A DNA stretch of 64,000 nt from an uncultured cyanobacterium (GCA_963740315.1 CAVUDP010000002.1:1856001-1920000); one strand, 5' to 3'; counted from the first letter of the stretch, positions 38,918 through 49,666 are shown. Notes: generated from the letters alone by a model not told the origin. A program made the numbers and translations.

Positions 38918-39073
38918 GGGGATGGGGAGAGGGGGAGAGGGGGAGAGGGGGGGGATGGGGGGATGGGGGGAAAATTTAAATTATTAACTCTGGCAATCTT
39001 TACTCTTTACTCGCAATCCAAATTTTATTCTAATTCCAATTGATTTTTGTGGTAGAGCATCTTTTGATTTTTT

Positions 39074-39125
39074 GTAGTGGGAGCATCTTGCTCCCTAAAT
39101 CGAGGGAGCAAGATGCTCCCACTAC
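39074..39125. repeat. GTAG-type REP palindrome
   Basis: GTAGTGGGAGCATCTTGCTCCCT-loop-AGGGAGCAAGATGCTCCCACTAC with perfect arms. Confidence 0.85.
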
Positions 39126-39289
39126 CAAGCATCTGTTTTTTTGTAATGACTATAAAACAAACGTATCCGTTATTAAAATTTCAAATTTTTGAAATTTTAA
39201 CTCCTAACTCCTAAAGGTTACTGAGCTTGTCGAAGTACTCCTAACTCCTCACTCCTAACTCTTTGAATCCAAAATTCAAAATCCAAAAT

Positions 39290-40915
39290 TCAAATATCTA
39301 GCCCCATCACCGTTAACTGTGGTGGATATTCTACAGTAAATTGATAATAAATCTCTTGTTTCTCTTGTGGTGCGAGAGTTGAATTCCATTGCAAAGTTCC
39401 CATTTCACCGGGTTGAATTTGCGGATTTGTGCGGTTGAGACGTACTTTTATTTGTTCGTTGCGACTTACTGGTAATTGTTCGATAAGTTCTAAATTGGCT
39501 TCTGTATCCAGTAAGTTGCTAATCTGCAATCGATATGCATAGGTGATTTTGTTTATATTACCAATAAACTTTTTATCAACTTCACGCTCAACTAAATCGC
39601 GTTCGATTTTCAAACCTTCGTCAATTCCCAAGTTTAATTTAAATTCTTCACCCGGTACGGTGTTTTCTAATTCGGAAGTTCCTATAAAGATGTTATCGCG
39701 AAAAATGTTGGCTTTACCCGGTAACAAAGTCGCACCGTTAGGATTATTTTTCACTTTGGCTTGTAAATAAGCAAAACTTACCAAACGCGGCATTGTTATA
39801 TAGCTAAACCTACAGGGATAATCATCTTGGAAAATTGTGGTTTTGTGAGGTGCGCCATCGCTGGGTATATTTCCACCGCCATCTAAGTTAAAGGTGACTA
39901 CGTTTCCTTCTTGAGATACTTCCGCTGTAATTACATCTGCTTCAATTAAGTTTTCTAAGTCTTCAATTTCGCCGGAGAAATCATCATCTTCAAAATCGAT
40001 GTTACGACTTCGTGGAGCCATTGGTGCGGCTGCAAACCTTCTTGCTCTTCTAAGTTTAGTTGGTGGTTGCTCCATATCAATATACCAAGGTTGTGGCTTT
40101 GGTGGTAAAGTACCGCTACCCGGTTTGGCTGTAGAAAGCGTTAAATTTACATTTGTCCAATCTTCGCCGGTATTTTGAATTATTTGCGCCAAGTATCCCA
40201 AATTAACGCTTTTACTTTTGCGATCGACTCGGATATCGTAAAGCGGTTTCCAACTGGCACGATTGACGACATAAGACACCTCTAACTCAAACTCTCCCGC
40301 ACCCTTCGCTTCAATCCCCACCGTCAAATTAAAACTTTCCTGGGGTGATGGCGATCGCATCTGTTTTAAGGAAGCGTACAGCACCTGCAATTCCTTATCT
40401 AATTCCAACTGCTGATTTTTGTAATCTTCGGTAGCGATCGCATATTCTGTAAACTGGCTGCCGAGGAAGTTGAGTAAATCCAAAGTTTCGCTCAAACTAA
40501 TGCTTTTACGCGCCAAACTAATCGAAAATTGGTCCTCAGTCTTCTCTCGCAAACCTTCGATAAACCGCGACTGTAACGCCAAAGCATCCATTTGAGCAGT
40601 AAATTGACGTTTTTGTGCTTCTAACTGCTCTATTTGTTGATTTAACTGCGATACCCGTGCCACTACCGATTCAGTAGTGTAAATGCGTTCCACATTCACA
40701 CCTAACAAACGCACTGCCACATTACCTTTACCGCTAACCCGCACCGATTCCGTATCAATAGTTACTGGCAGTTGGGAGACAATTAACTCCCGTTCCTGTC
40801 CGCTTAATTCGACTACACCACGGCGCGTCACCAATGCTTTATTTGTGTAAACAGCAACTGCGACAACATCTGTTTCTACGACTTTACGCGGAGATGGTAC
40901 TTCCTGGTTAACCAC
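39290..40915 (-). CDS. DUF4140/DUF4139 (MuiA-like) protein
   Basis: V.VY...ALVTR, SY.V..ASW.P.YD.R, QNTGEDW..V.LTLSTA.P and IPSDG motifs. Confidence 0.85.
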   Translation of the reverse strand: MVNQEVPSPRKVVETDVVAVAVYTNKALVTRRGVVELSGQERELIVSQLPVTIDTESVRVSGKGNVAVRLLGVNVERIYTTESVVARVSQLNQQIEQLEAQKRQFTAQMDALALQSRFIEGLREKTEDQFSISLARKSISLSETLDLLNFLGSQFTEYAIATEDYKNQQLELDKELQVLYASLKQMRSPSPQESFNLTVGIEAKGAGEFELEVSYVVNRASWKPLYDIRVDRKSKSVNLGYLAQIIQNTGEDWTNVNLTLSTAKPGSGTLPPKPQPWYIDMEQPPTKLRRARRFAAAPMAPRSRNIDFEDDDFSGEIEDLENLIEADVITAEVSQEGNVVTFNLDGGGNIPSDGAPHKTTIFQDDYPCRFSYITMPRLVSFAYLQAKVKNNPNGATLLPGKANIFRDNIFIGTSELENTVPGEEFKLNLGIDEGLKIERDLVEREVDKKFIGNINKITYAYRLQISNLLDTEANLELIEQLPVSRNEQIKVRLNRTNPQIQPGEMGTLQWNSTLAPQEKQEIYYQFTVEYPPQLTVMGLDI

Positions 40916-41011
40916 TGCCAGCTTTTCCTTAATTGCGAACGGGTATGCTGGTTAATTGTTAATCGATAAAAGCCTAGTCGTCAATAAAATTAGTAATTCT
41001 TGATTTAAGGA

Positions 41012-41087
41012 TTTTTCGTTATCCCACAAAATGTAGAGACGTAGCAGTGCTACGTCTCCACACGTTGACTGTAAATAAACAAATTAT
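41012..41087. repeat. Left copy of a 76-bp REP-containing direct repeat (right copy 44088-44163)
   Basis: TTTTTCGT.AT.CC.CAAAATGTAGAGACG...CGTCTC.ACACGTTGA.T.GTAAA...AAATTAT in both copies. Confidence 0.75.
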
Positions 41088-41884
41088 AAAATAAAACTTA
41101 ATTTTGCTTAATTTGACTTTGTTAAAACTACGCAAAGCCCTGCAATAATACGGGAGGTTGAGGGGATCTAAAAATCTAGGATGCTTAATAACTAGTTGCG
41201 GTTGCGTAAGTCCTATTTGTATAAAATTTAATGATTATTTATATGTTAGCAAACACTGTGTTTTCTGTATAAATTTTACATTTTTAAATCAGAATTTTGC
41301 GTTCAAACGGCAATCCACTTTAACTTATTGATTCCCTCAACTTTGGTTGGTTTTTATGTGTTTTTTATTTCAGAATAATAGTCTTAAATTCTTGCATAAA
41401 TAAATATGCCATGCATATACTGTAAACGTTGCTTTAAACAGATGATTTTTCATTTTGAAATAAATTTATTCACACCATATCTCCAGCTTAAAAAAAATAA
41501 TTCCTTCTAGATGTAAAGCTGTGAAATAAACGTGTTTATAGGAGATGGCATTTTTTATCTTGTGCTACGTGTTTGTTACGAATTAAACGATAAATTATCA
41601 CCCACGGATGAAGTAATTTTACGGAAATAATGCATTGTTTCACCGTGAACTCAGATAAATCCTCTAATTTCTTTTTGATAACAGAAAGTGAGAGTTTGCG
41701 GTGGAATAAGGAAAGATTTTGTATCACTCCTAATGTGATGCTTTGAACTGTGTTTATAGTTATTAATACAGAAAATAACTGATTTATAAACCCTGTTGTA
41801 CTTTAGTTGTCAATTACCTTCTTAACTAAACTCAACGATAGGACGATATTAAAGATACTTTTCAACTTTTAAAAAGGAGTAGCT

Positions 41885-44080
41885 ATGGCTAACAATAATA
41901 ATTTAAAGAAAAATTCCAACAGCTTTAACTTCACCCCGGAATTGGTAAAAGATATTAATCCAGGTAGCGATAGTTCCTTTCCATTTGATTTGTCCGTTTT
42001 TGATGGTAAATTGTTTTTCGCTGCTTCGAGCAACACAAATGACAGGGAACTATGGGTGAGTGACGGCACCGAGAATGGTACTCAACTGGTCAAAGATATT
42101 AACCCAGGCAACGGTTTTGTCTCCCCATCAAATTTGACCGTCTTCAATGAAAAGCTGTTTTTCACTATTTTTAATATCCCTAATGCGAATGAACTATGGG
42201 TAACTGATGGTACCGAAAGTGGTACTCAACTGTTCAAAGATATTAATCCAAACAGCCTTAGTTCCGATCCAGGAAATTTTATAATCTTTGATGATAAGCT
42301 ATTTTTCAAAGCCTTAGAAAACAGTAATGGGATTGAACCGTGGGTAACTGATGGTACCGAGAATGGTACCCAACTGCTTAAAGATATTAATCCGGGCAGT
42401 GGTTTTTCCTTTCCACAAAATTTCACCATCTTTGATGAAAAGTTATTTTTTAGTGCCGATGACGGTGTTACTGGGGATGAACTTTGGGTAACTGACGGCA
42501 CCGAGAATGGTACTCAACTGCTCAAAGATATTATCCCTGGTAGTGATAGTTCCTCTCCAGAAGGTCTTACCGTTCTTAATGACAAACTGTTTTTTGGTGT
42601 TAATAATGCTCAACTATGGGTAACTGATGGTACCGAGAATGGTACTCAACTAGTAAAAGATATTAATACAAGCCGCCGTACATCTTTCCCAGGCGATATA
42701 ACCGTCTTTAATAATAAGCTATTTTTCGTTGCCGATGATGGTATTAGTGGTCCAGAAGTATGGGTAAGTGATGGTACTCCAGATGGTACTCAACTGCTCA
42801 AAGATATAACCCCAGGATCTGATGTAGCCAGCCCAGGAAATTTAACCGTCTTCGATGATAAGCTGTTTTTTACTGCCTTTACTGGCGGCGAAAGTACTGA
42901 ACTATGGGTAACTGATGGTACCGAGAATGGTACTCAACTATTCAAAGATATTAATCCAGGCTTCGGTGGTTCTTCTCCACAAAATTTATCAGTCTTAGAT
43001 GGAAAGCTGTTTTTCACTGCTGATGACGGCACCAATGGTAGGGAATTATGGGTGAGCGACGGTACTGTAAATGGTACTCAACTCGTAGCTGATATTAATC
43101 CTGGTGAAGGTAGTTCTAATCCAGAAGATTTAACGATCTTAGATGGAAAGTTGTTTTTCCGTGCCGATGATGGCACTAATGGGCGCGAGTTGTGGAAGTT
43201 GGATTTAGAGAGTCAGCCAGTAGTCAACCAAATCAAAGGTACGAGGAACGACGATAATATCCAAGGTACCTCCAGCAACGATCAAATCTCCGGTAACAAC
43301 GGTAACGATACTATAAAGGGCGGTCAAGGTAACGATACTATCGAAGGCGGCAGAGGTGGCGATATAATTCGCGGTAATGCAGGTGATGATATTCTTGCAG
43401 CAGACAGAATTGACCGTTTTGATGATTTTGACGGTGAAACCAGCGAACTGCGAGGCGATAACGGTAATGATACTATCTATGGCGGTAGTAAAGATGACTT
43501 AATTGGTGGTGGAAACGATCGCGATTTGCTGTTCGGTAAGAGCGGTAACGATCTAATTCGCGGTGGTAGCGGCGATGATATTCTTAACGGCGGTTTGGGT
43601 AACGACACTTTACGCGGGCAAGATGGTATTGATACGGCAGATTATTCCGACTTAACTTTCAACGGTGTATTTGGAGATATTGCTGGCTTAGATGTAAATC
43701 TATCTCAAAACAGCGCAAAACATTCAAGTAACAACAATTCTCTCACCTGGAATGATACTTTAACCACAATTGAGAATGTAACCGGAACCAGCCGTAACGA
43801 CAGGTTTATTGGTAATGCAGACGATAACCTATTTGATGGAAAAGGTGAAGTTAATAAAGGCGATCGCCAAACCACTTTTACAGATTTAGATGGTGATAAT
43901 TATCAAGTAATTGCAGATGTAGTTGAATATAGCGGATCTCGATCTGAGTTTACTATTCTGGGTTCTACCGACAATTTTACCGTCAGCGGTTCGGGAATTG
44001 GTAACGATACTTTGATTGATATTGAGTTTCTCAAGTTTGATGATGGTTTAGTAGCGGTGAATGATTCTTTGTTTGTTTAA
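41885..44080 (+). CDS. ELWxxDGT-repeat protein with RTX Ca-binding repeats (probable T1SS-secreted surface protein)
   Basis: About nine ELWV(S/T)DGT.NGTQL.KDINPG units and GGxGxD nonapeptides; AAGGAG RBS; no signal peptide. Confidence 0.9.
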   Translation: MANNNNLKKNSNSFNFTPELVKDINPGSDSSFPFDLSVFDGKLFFAASSNTNDRELWVSDGTENGTQLVKDINPGNGFVSPSNLTVFNEKLFFTIFNIPNANELWVTDGTESGTQLFKDINPNSLSSDPGNFIIFDDKLFFKALENSNGIEPWVTDGTENGTQLLKDINPGSGFSFPQNFTIFDEKLFFSADDGVTGDELWVTDGTENGTQLLKDIIPGSDSSSPEGLTVLNDKLFFGVNNAQLWVTDGTENGTQLVKDINTSRRTSFPGDITVFNNKLFFVADDGISGPEVWVSDGTPDGTQLLKDITPGSDVASPGNLTVFDDKLFFTAFTGGESTELWVTDGTENGTQLFKDINPGFGGSSPQNLSVLDGKLFFTADDGTNGRELWVSDGTVNGTQLVADINPGEGSSNPEDLTILDGKLFFRADDGTNGRELWKLDLESQPVVNQIKGTRNDDNIQGTSSNDQISGNNGNDTIKGGQGNDTIEGGRGGDIIRGNAGDDILAADRIDRFDDFDGETSELRGDNGNDTIYGGSKDDLIGGGNDRDLLFGKSGNDLIRGGSGDDILNGGLGNDTLRGQDGIDTADYSDLTFNGVFGDIAGLDVNLSQNSAKHSSNNNSLTWNDTLTTIENVTGTSRNDRFIGNADDNLFDGKGEVNKGDRQTTFTDLDGDNYQVIADVVEYSGSRSEFTILGSTDNFTVSGSGIGNDTLIDIEFLKFDDGLVAVNDSLFV

Positions 44081-44087
44081 ATAATAA

Positions 44088-44163
44088 TTTTTCGTGATTC
44101 CGCAAAATGTAGAGACGCGATATATCGCGTCTCTACACGTTGATTTGTAAACTAATAAATTAT
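44088..44163. repeat. Right copy of the 76-bp REP-containing direct repeat
   Basis: Aligns with 41012-41087; perfect palindrome GAGACGCGATATATCGCGTCTC. Confidence 0.75.
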
Positions 44164-44186
44164 TATCTCCCCCGAACCCCCGAACC

Positions 44187-45110
44187 CTATCTCGCTTTCC
44201 CATACAAAGCCTTTTCCGAAGCAAATTGCTTTGCAGCTTCTAATAAATATTCAAAATAGGCACGTGCAACAATAGACAACTGTTTTCCATTGGGATAAAC
44301 CATATACCAATCGCGTTTTATAGGAAAATATTCTACATCTAAAACAGTTAAATCTTCTGCATAGGGCATCAAGGTATGACGAGATAAAACGGAGATTCCC
44401 AAACCTCCGGCGATCGCTTGTTTTATCGCTTCATTACTGCCCAATTCCAATTTTACCTTGACTTTAACATCGTTTTCATCAAACAATTTTTGCACCGCCC
44501 TTCTTGTTCCCGAACCGGGTTCGCGCATAATAAAAGGTTCATTTGACAGCCTTGATATCGGGATATTCTTTTGGGAGGCTAAAGGATGATTAACTGGCGC
44601 TAAAACAACTAAAGGATTTTCTAAAAATGCTTCGCAATTAATATCAAGATGTTCTGGAATTTGACTCATAATATATAAATCATCTTGATTGCTCGTCATT
44701 CGTTCCAGAATCCCTTCATGATTGGTTACTTGTAAAGAGATTTCAATTCCCGGATAAAGTTGACAAAATGAGCCTAATAAACGTGGAATAAAATATTTTG
44801 CTGTTGTAATTACTGCTAAACGTAATTGTCCTTGTTTTAAACCTTTTAAATCCGCTACTTTCATTTCAAACTGAGCCAAAGTATTAAAAATTTCTTGGCA
44901 AGTAGCAGATAATTCTCGCCCTGCTTCCGTAAGATATAAGCGCTTACCGACTTGTTCAAATAAGGGAATTCCCACCGATTTTGTCAGTTGTTTTATCTGC
45001 ATGGAAATGGTGGGTTGTGTAAGAAACAACTCTTCGGCAGCACGAGTAAAACTACCGTGTCGTGCCGCTGCTTCAAACACTCTCAACTGGTGCAGCGTCG
45101 CCTGATTCAA
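44187..45110 (-). CDS. cmpR: CbbR-type LysR regulator of Ci uptake (CmpR-like)
   Basis: TLHQLRVF..AARHGSFTRAAEELFLTQP and MREPGSGTR; position after ccmO matches the Nostocales arrangement as I recall it. Could be the close paralog CcmR/NdhR. Confidence 0.75.
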   Translation of the reverse strand: MNQATLHQLRVFEAAARHGSFTRAAEELFLTQPTISMQIKQLTKSVGIPLFEQVGKRLYLTEAGRELSATCQEIFNTLAQFEMKVADLKGLKQGQLRLAVITTAKYFIPRLLGSFCQLYPGIEISLQVTNHEGILERMTSNQDDLYIMSQIPEHLDINCEAFLENPLVVLAPVNHPLASQKNIPISRLSNEPFIMREPGSGTRRAVQKLFDENDVKVKVKLELGSNEAIKQAIAGGLGISVLSRHTLMPYAEDLTVLDVEYFPIKRDWYMVYPNGKQLSIVARAYFEYLLEAAKQFASEKALYGKAR

Positions 45111-45255
45111 TGGTGATTATCCTCTAATAACATTTAATTAAGAAGAATAAAAAAGCATCTCGATAAAAATGCTCTTTCATCGTCATATTTATAAGTATTA
45201 CCGAATAATCAACCTAAAAGCAGCTTTTACTCATGAAAAAAATCTGACGCTTTAC

Positions 45256-45271
45256 ATAGATAATACTCTAT
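45256..45271. promoter_or_regulatory. ATAG-N8-CTAT LysR (CcmR/CmpR-type) operator
   Basis: ATAG ATAATACT CTAT about 146 bp upstream of the LysR start; a degenerate second site near 45287. Confidence 0.6.
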
Positions 45272-45407
45272 GATTGTTATTCAATAATAGGTATTTTCTT
45301 TATGCTGCTGAAAAGTTATTATTGAAACTAACGGAAATTGCAAACAGTGCATTCGGGCTAAAAGATAAAAATAATAACTTAATGTCTTATGCCTTATTCC
45401 CTATTCC

Positions 45408-46208
45408 CTATTCCAACTCACCCATTTCTAATCTTTCAACCTCCGGAAAGATTGTGACTTCTTCAATTACTTTTTCAGGTAACTTATTTAATTCTGGCAA
45501 TTCTAATAATTCGGCTTCTCCAATTTGCTCTTTAATGCTAATTGGTAATCTTACTGGTTGACGTTCTTCAATCCAACAACTTGCTACTGGCAAGGTTTGC
45601 TCTAATTCATCCAGCGGACGAGGTATCACCATTACAGCATTTAAATCTCCAATACGTTCTGCTTCGTACATTCCTGCTTCTACCGCTACTGCAACATTTG
45701 CTACAGAACCGCGAATAATTGCAGTACACAAAGCCGAACCAATTTTTTCATAAGCCGCTAACTGAACGTCTGCTGATTTAAGCATGGCATCAGAGGCTCC
45801 CACCATCGCCGGAAAACCAACTGTTTCAACCAAACCCACTGCTTGATTGCTCAATCTATTAAAGCTTGCACCTTCAGCAATATCACTTAAGCGAGTAGTA
45901 ATAGGCAATACTAAATTTAAATTGGGATAGGGACGAGGTATTACTAAACTAGAAACAAATTGTCCGAATTGCTTGGCAGTTTGTTCGCCAGATTCTACCG
46001 CCAAACGTACATCAGCGACTCCACCTCGAATCACAGCCGTACAATGTCCCCCACCAATTTTTTCATATCCAATTAAGTGAACGCCAGCAGATTTAAGCAT
46101 CATATCCGCCGTTCCCACAATGGCAGGGAAACTTATAGTAGATACCAATCCTAAAGCGGTATCTTTTATATCGCGATTCTGTGATGAAGATTGATTATAT
46201 GAGTGCAT
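45408..46208 (-). CDS. ccmO: Tandem-BMC carboxysome shell protein CcmO
   Basis: Two BMC domains (FPAIVGTADMMLKSA and FPAMVGASDAMLKSA); start set at ATG 46208. Confidence 0.93.
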   Translation of the reverse strand: MHSYNQSSSQNRDIKDTALGLVSTISFPAIVGTADMMLKSAGVHLIGYEKIGGGHCTAVIRGGVADVRLAVESGEQTAKQFGQFVSSLVIPRPYPNLNLVLPITTRLSDIAEGASFNRLSNQAVGLVETVGFPAMVGASDAMLKSADVQLAAYEKIGSALCTAIIRGSVANVAVAVEAGMYEAERIGDLNAVMVIPRPLDELEQTLPVASCWIEERQPVRLPISIKEQIGEAELLELPELNKLPEKVIEEVTIFPEVERLEMGELE

Positions 46209-46453
46209 TTTAATTTTTCCCCAATACTCCAACTAATAAAAAAAATGAAGGATAAAAATAAACATTATGAATTTACACCTTACACTTCATCCTAGCTTCT
46301 ATAAAAGATGAAGGATGAAGCGTAGAAAATATCAATAAGCCTGCTCGACAAAAGTAAACAAATATTTATTTATCCAATTAATTGGTTATTGGAGGTATGT
46401 TTTTACGCAATTTACTACAGAGACTATAACTCTAATTCATATGCCGATTTAAT

Positions 46454-47224
46454 TCATCCTTCTTCAGATTCATCGCTTTGAGTTGTATTCAAAGATTGTC
46501 GGTGAGGAAATAAAGTTGTCAGCAGACTTTTAATATTACTTCTTCCATAGATATGATTTCCCGCACCGTTTGAATTAGCATTGGATGGTTTTTCTATTGA
46601 TTCTTCTGTATTTGTACCTTCTTCTGATACCTCCGAGGATAATGTTTCCTCTGTTGAATCTTTGACGGCAGAATACGAAATCGGAGACGGATTAAAGTAA
46701 GGACGAGGTGAGGGGGTGAGTGGAGGAGTGGTATAAATTGAAGCATCGGTAGCATAAGGATTAGAGATTTCTGATTCGGCTTCCTTGGCTGATGCTGACT
46801 CTGGTTGAACTACAGGTAACTGAGACTGCTTGAGTTTACCATTCATTTCTTTGGTGGAAGGTTCGCTCAAAGTTCTACTAGTGTCCCCAATAACCGAACC
46901 CGCTGGAACTACTTTTCCCGGCTCCACGGAAGCACGAAAGACAGTTGTAGACGAGCCGATACAAGCATTTGCACCAATTTTACCCGCACCAACCATCAGG
47001 AAACCGGCTCCTAAATTTGCTCCCGATTCTATTTCTAAAGTTCCTGTATCTACCTGGAGAATTGACCCCATACCAATACAAACTCCAGAACCGATAATTA
47101 TTTTACTGTTAGGAGCCGCTTGCATTATTACCCCAGGGGCGATAACTGCACTTGCATGAAGAATCACCTCGCCACTGAAAAAAGTCTCGAAATTGTTACA
47201 TAAACGCAGTGGCGGCACGGACAT
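46454..47224 (-). CDS. ccmN: Carboxysome assembly protein CcmN
   Basis: Hexapeptide repeats and C-terminal encapsulation peptide IYGRSNIKSLLTTLFPHR; true start MSVPPL at 47224 (the upstream ORF extension is STRR). Confidence 0.92.
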   Translation of the reverse strand: MSVPPLRLCNNFETFFSGEVILHASAVIAPGVIMQAAPNSKIIIGSGVCIGMGSILQVDTGTLEIESGANLGAGFLMVGAGKIGANACIGSSTTVFRASVEPGKVVPAGSVIGDTSRTLSEPSTKEMNGKLKQSQLPVVQPESASAKEAESEISNPYATDASIYTTPPLTPSPRPYFNPSPISYSAVKDSTEETLSSEVSEEGTNTEESIEKPSNANSNGAGNHIYGRSNIKSLLTTLFPHRQSLNTTQSDESEEG

Positions 47225-47316
47225 GATATTTTTTACCTCGTGAGTGGAGGATGGGGGGATGGGGGGATGGGGAGATGGGGGGATGGGGAGATGGGGAGAC
47301 AAGGGGACAAGGAGAC

Positions 47317-47382
47317 GGGGAGAATTTTTAAATATAAATTTTTAACTCCTAACTCCGGTGGTCCTAACTCTTAACCTTTAAC
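47317..47382. repeat. 66-bp composite STRR unit, inverted copy of 53138-53203
   Basis: 65/66 identity to the reverse complement of 53138-53203. Confidence 0.85.
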
Positions 47383-47421
47383 ATGCAGACCTATTCCCCA
47401 TCCCCCATCCCCAATCCCCAA

Positions 47422-49227
47422 TTACGGACGTTGAATGATGGTTTCTACTACGCGACGCTTGAGTTTGGGTTCGACTCCAATTAGGCGGACGTATTCTCCT
47501 GAATATTCTCCTAGATAAGATTCTAAGATGCTTACTACTTCTCCTTCGGATTTTGAATCGATTTGTCCGCAGCTTGCCCAAGTACCTGTACGGAAGCGAC
47601 GTTTGTCTACATGTTCGGCGCTAATTTTATAGCCACCGCGCAAAAGATTGCGAACTTCGTCTATAACTTCGGCGCTTAATCGAGTGTTGGTAAGAGTTGC
47701 CGTAGTTCCACTCTCGAAACCGACACCGTACCTCCTTACTTCGGGGGTAAATGTAGCAGCAGAGTCTCGTGGAACATTAGTCGCGGGACGGTATGAACCA
47801 CCGTTACCGTTAGACGAGCCGTTACTCGAACCTTCTGGACGCTGAATAATGGTTTCCAATACTCGCCGTCTGGCTTTAGGATCGATACCAATCAAACGCA
47901 CGTATTCGCCTTGATGGCTTTTCATGCATTCTTCTAAAGCTGAAATAGCTTCACTAGCATTCTTTGATTCGATTGGGCTACAGCTTTGCCAAGAACCCGT
48001 GCGGAAGCGTCGTTTATCTACGTGTTCCATGCCGATTCTGTAACCACCTGATAGCAAGTTACGAACGTGGTCTATAGTTTCGCTACTTAGTTGAGAACTA
48101 CCATTGGTGTAGTTACCATTGTTAGTGCTTCTGTAGCTACTATTGCTGTAAGTACTATTGCTATGGCTGCTATGGCTGCTGTGGCTGCTACGACTACTAC
48201 CATATCCACCATTGCTGGGTTTTGGAGGTGTGGTATAGGTAGATGTTGTAGTTGGTTTTGTCGAACCATCGGGGCGTTGAATGATTGTTTCTAATACCCG
48301 TTTTTTCTGTTTGGTGTCGATACCAAATAAGCGCACGTATTCGCCTTGATGTTCGTTCATGCAGCCTTCTAACGCCGATACTGCATCGCCGATATTTCTG
48401 GCTTCGATGGGATGACAACTATGCCAAGTACCCGTGCGAAAACGTCTTTGATCTACGTGTTCGGTACCGATTTGATATCCTTGCTCCAACAGATAGCGCA
48501 CCTGCTCTACTGTTTGATTGTCTAAGCCACTGTTATACACTTCAATACTCCTTTGCTTTAGCGTTAGCGAATCGTTATCTTTGTTTGTATTATAGATGTC
48601 TATTTTTTCACGTACTTTTGTAATACATTTAGTATCTTCGGCACAAAGATAACCCGCTCTGAGTGCCTGATTTACTCCTACTACATGATGAGCAAATTCT
48701 TTATCTTGTGGATTTACATCTGGCAAGCGATCGGCTTGCTGTTGGCTGATAATAACGGCTCCGGAAGGTACATATTTGCCGGGAGGAATTTCTACATCTT
48801 GGACTAAGGCGTGCATCATCACGATACAGCCATCGCCGACTCTGGCATTAAATATCGTCGAACGAAAGCCGATAAAGCAGTTATTACCGATGTAACATGG
48901 TCCGTGAATCAGAGCCATGTGGGTAATACAACTGTCTTTACCTATCCATACTGAGTATTCTTTTTTGTTGTCTCCCAGTACCCGACCTTGCTCCAAGCCG
49001 TGTATTACAACGCCATCTTGAATATTAGTATTTTCATTGATAAAAAACGGCGTTCCCTCATCCGCTCGTACCGAACTCCCTGGAGCAACAATTACATTAG
49101 AACTGATTTCAACATCGCCAATAATATGGGAAAAGGAATGTACGAAAGCAGTTTCATGAATTCGCGGTTCAGCTAAATCATTCGACCACGGGGTTGGGGG
49201 AGCCGCCGTCATGCTGCGGACTCTCAT
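47422..49227 (-). CDS. ccmM: Carboxysome protein CcmM (gamma-CA domain + three RbcS-like domains)
   Basis: [28 protein letters not shown] and three EHVD.RRFRTG.W..C units; GAGGAG RBS before ATG 49227. Confidence 0.96.
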   Translation of the reverse strand: MRVRSMTAAPPTPWSNDLAEPRIHETAFVHSFSHIIGDVEISSNVIVAPGSSVRADEGTPFFINENTNIQDGVVIHGLEQGRVLGDNKKEYSVWIGKDSCITHMALIHGPCYIGNNCFIGFRSTIFNARVGDGCIVMMHALVQDVEIPPGKYVPSGAVIISQQQADRLPDVNPQDKEFAHHVVGVNQALRAGYLCAEDTKCITKVREKIDIYNTNKDNDSLTLKQRSIEVYNSGLDNQTVEQVRYLLEQGYQIGTEHVDQRRFRTGTWHSCHPIEARNIGDAVSALEGCMNEHQGEYVRLFGIDTKQKKRVLETIIQRPDGSTKPTTTSTYTTPPKPSNGGYGSSRSSHSSHSSHSNSTYSNSSYRSTNNGNYTNGSSQLSSETIDHVRNLLSGGYRIGMEHVDKRRFRTGSWQSCSPIESKNASEAISALEECMKSHQGEYVRLIGIDPKARRRVLETIIQRPEGSSNGSSNGNGGSYRPATNVPRDSAATFTPEVRRYGVGFESGTTATLTNTRLSAEVIDEVRNLLRGGYKISAEHVDKRRFRTGTWASCGQIDSKSEGEVVSILESYLGEYSGEYVRLIGVEPKLKRRVVETIIQRP

Positions 49228-49354
49228 AGCGTTGTTTCTCCTCAAATGCGGTTAGTTGTTAGTTGTGAGTTAGGAGTTAGAAGTTATGAGTTATTAGTTG
49301 TTTTACTAATTGCTTACAACTATCTACTAACAACTATTCACTAACAACTAACTA

Positions 49355-49654
49355 TTAATATTGTTCTTTTTTGCTGTAGATTTGACGATTTTCAACGTAA
49401 ACTGTATCAATTATTGCTACTACTGCTGCGTCAATTGGACGCTGTTCGTTGCCATAAACTTGACGCGCAGCGCTGCCACGGCTGACGAGTACCCACTCAT
49501 CTACACCCGCACCAACAGCATCTGCCGCCACTTCGTATTCCGGCTGAACGCGCCCTTCTTCATCTATTAGCTGTAGCAGCAGCAGTTTGACTCCTCTAAA
49601 ACTTGGGTCTTTTTGCGTGCTAGATACCGTACCGCGAACTTTAGCAATTTGCAT
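49355..49654 (-). CDS. ccmL: Carboxysome vertex protein CcmL
   Basis: MQIAKVRGTV.STQK, VAAD.VGAG..EWVL..GSAAR. Confidence 0.96.
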   Translation of the reverse strand: MQIAKVRGTVSSTQKDPSFRGVKLLLLQLIDEEGRVQPEYEVAADAVGAGVDEWVLVSRGSAARQVYGNEQRPIDAAVVAIIDTVYVENRQIYSKKEQY

Positions 49655-49666
49655 TCCTTTACAATA

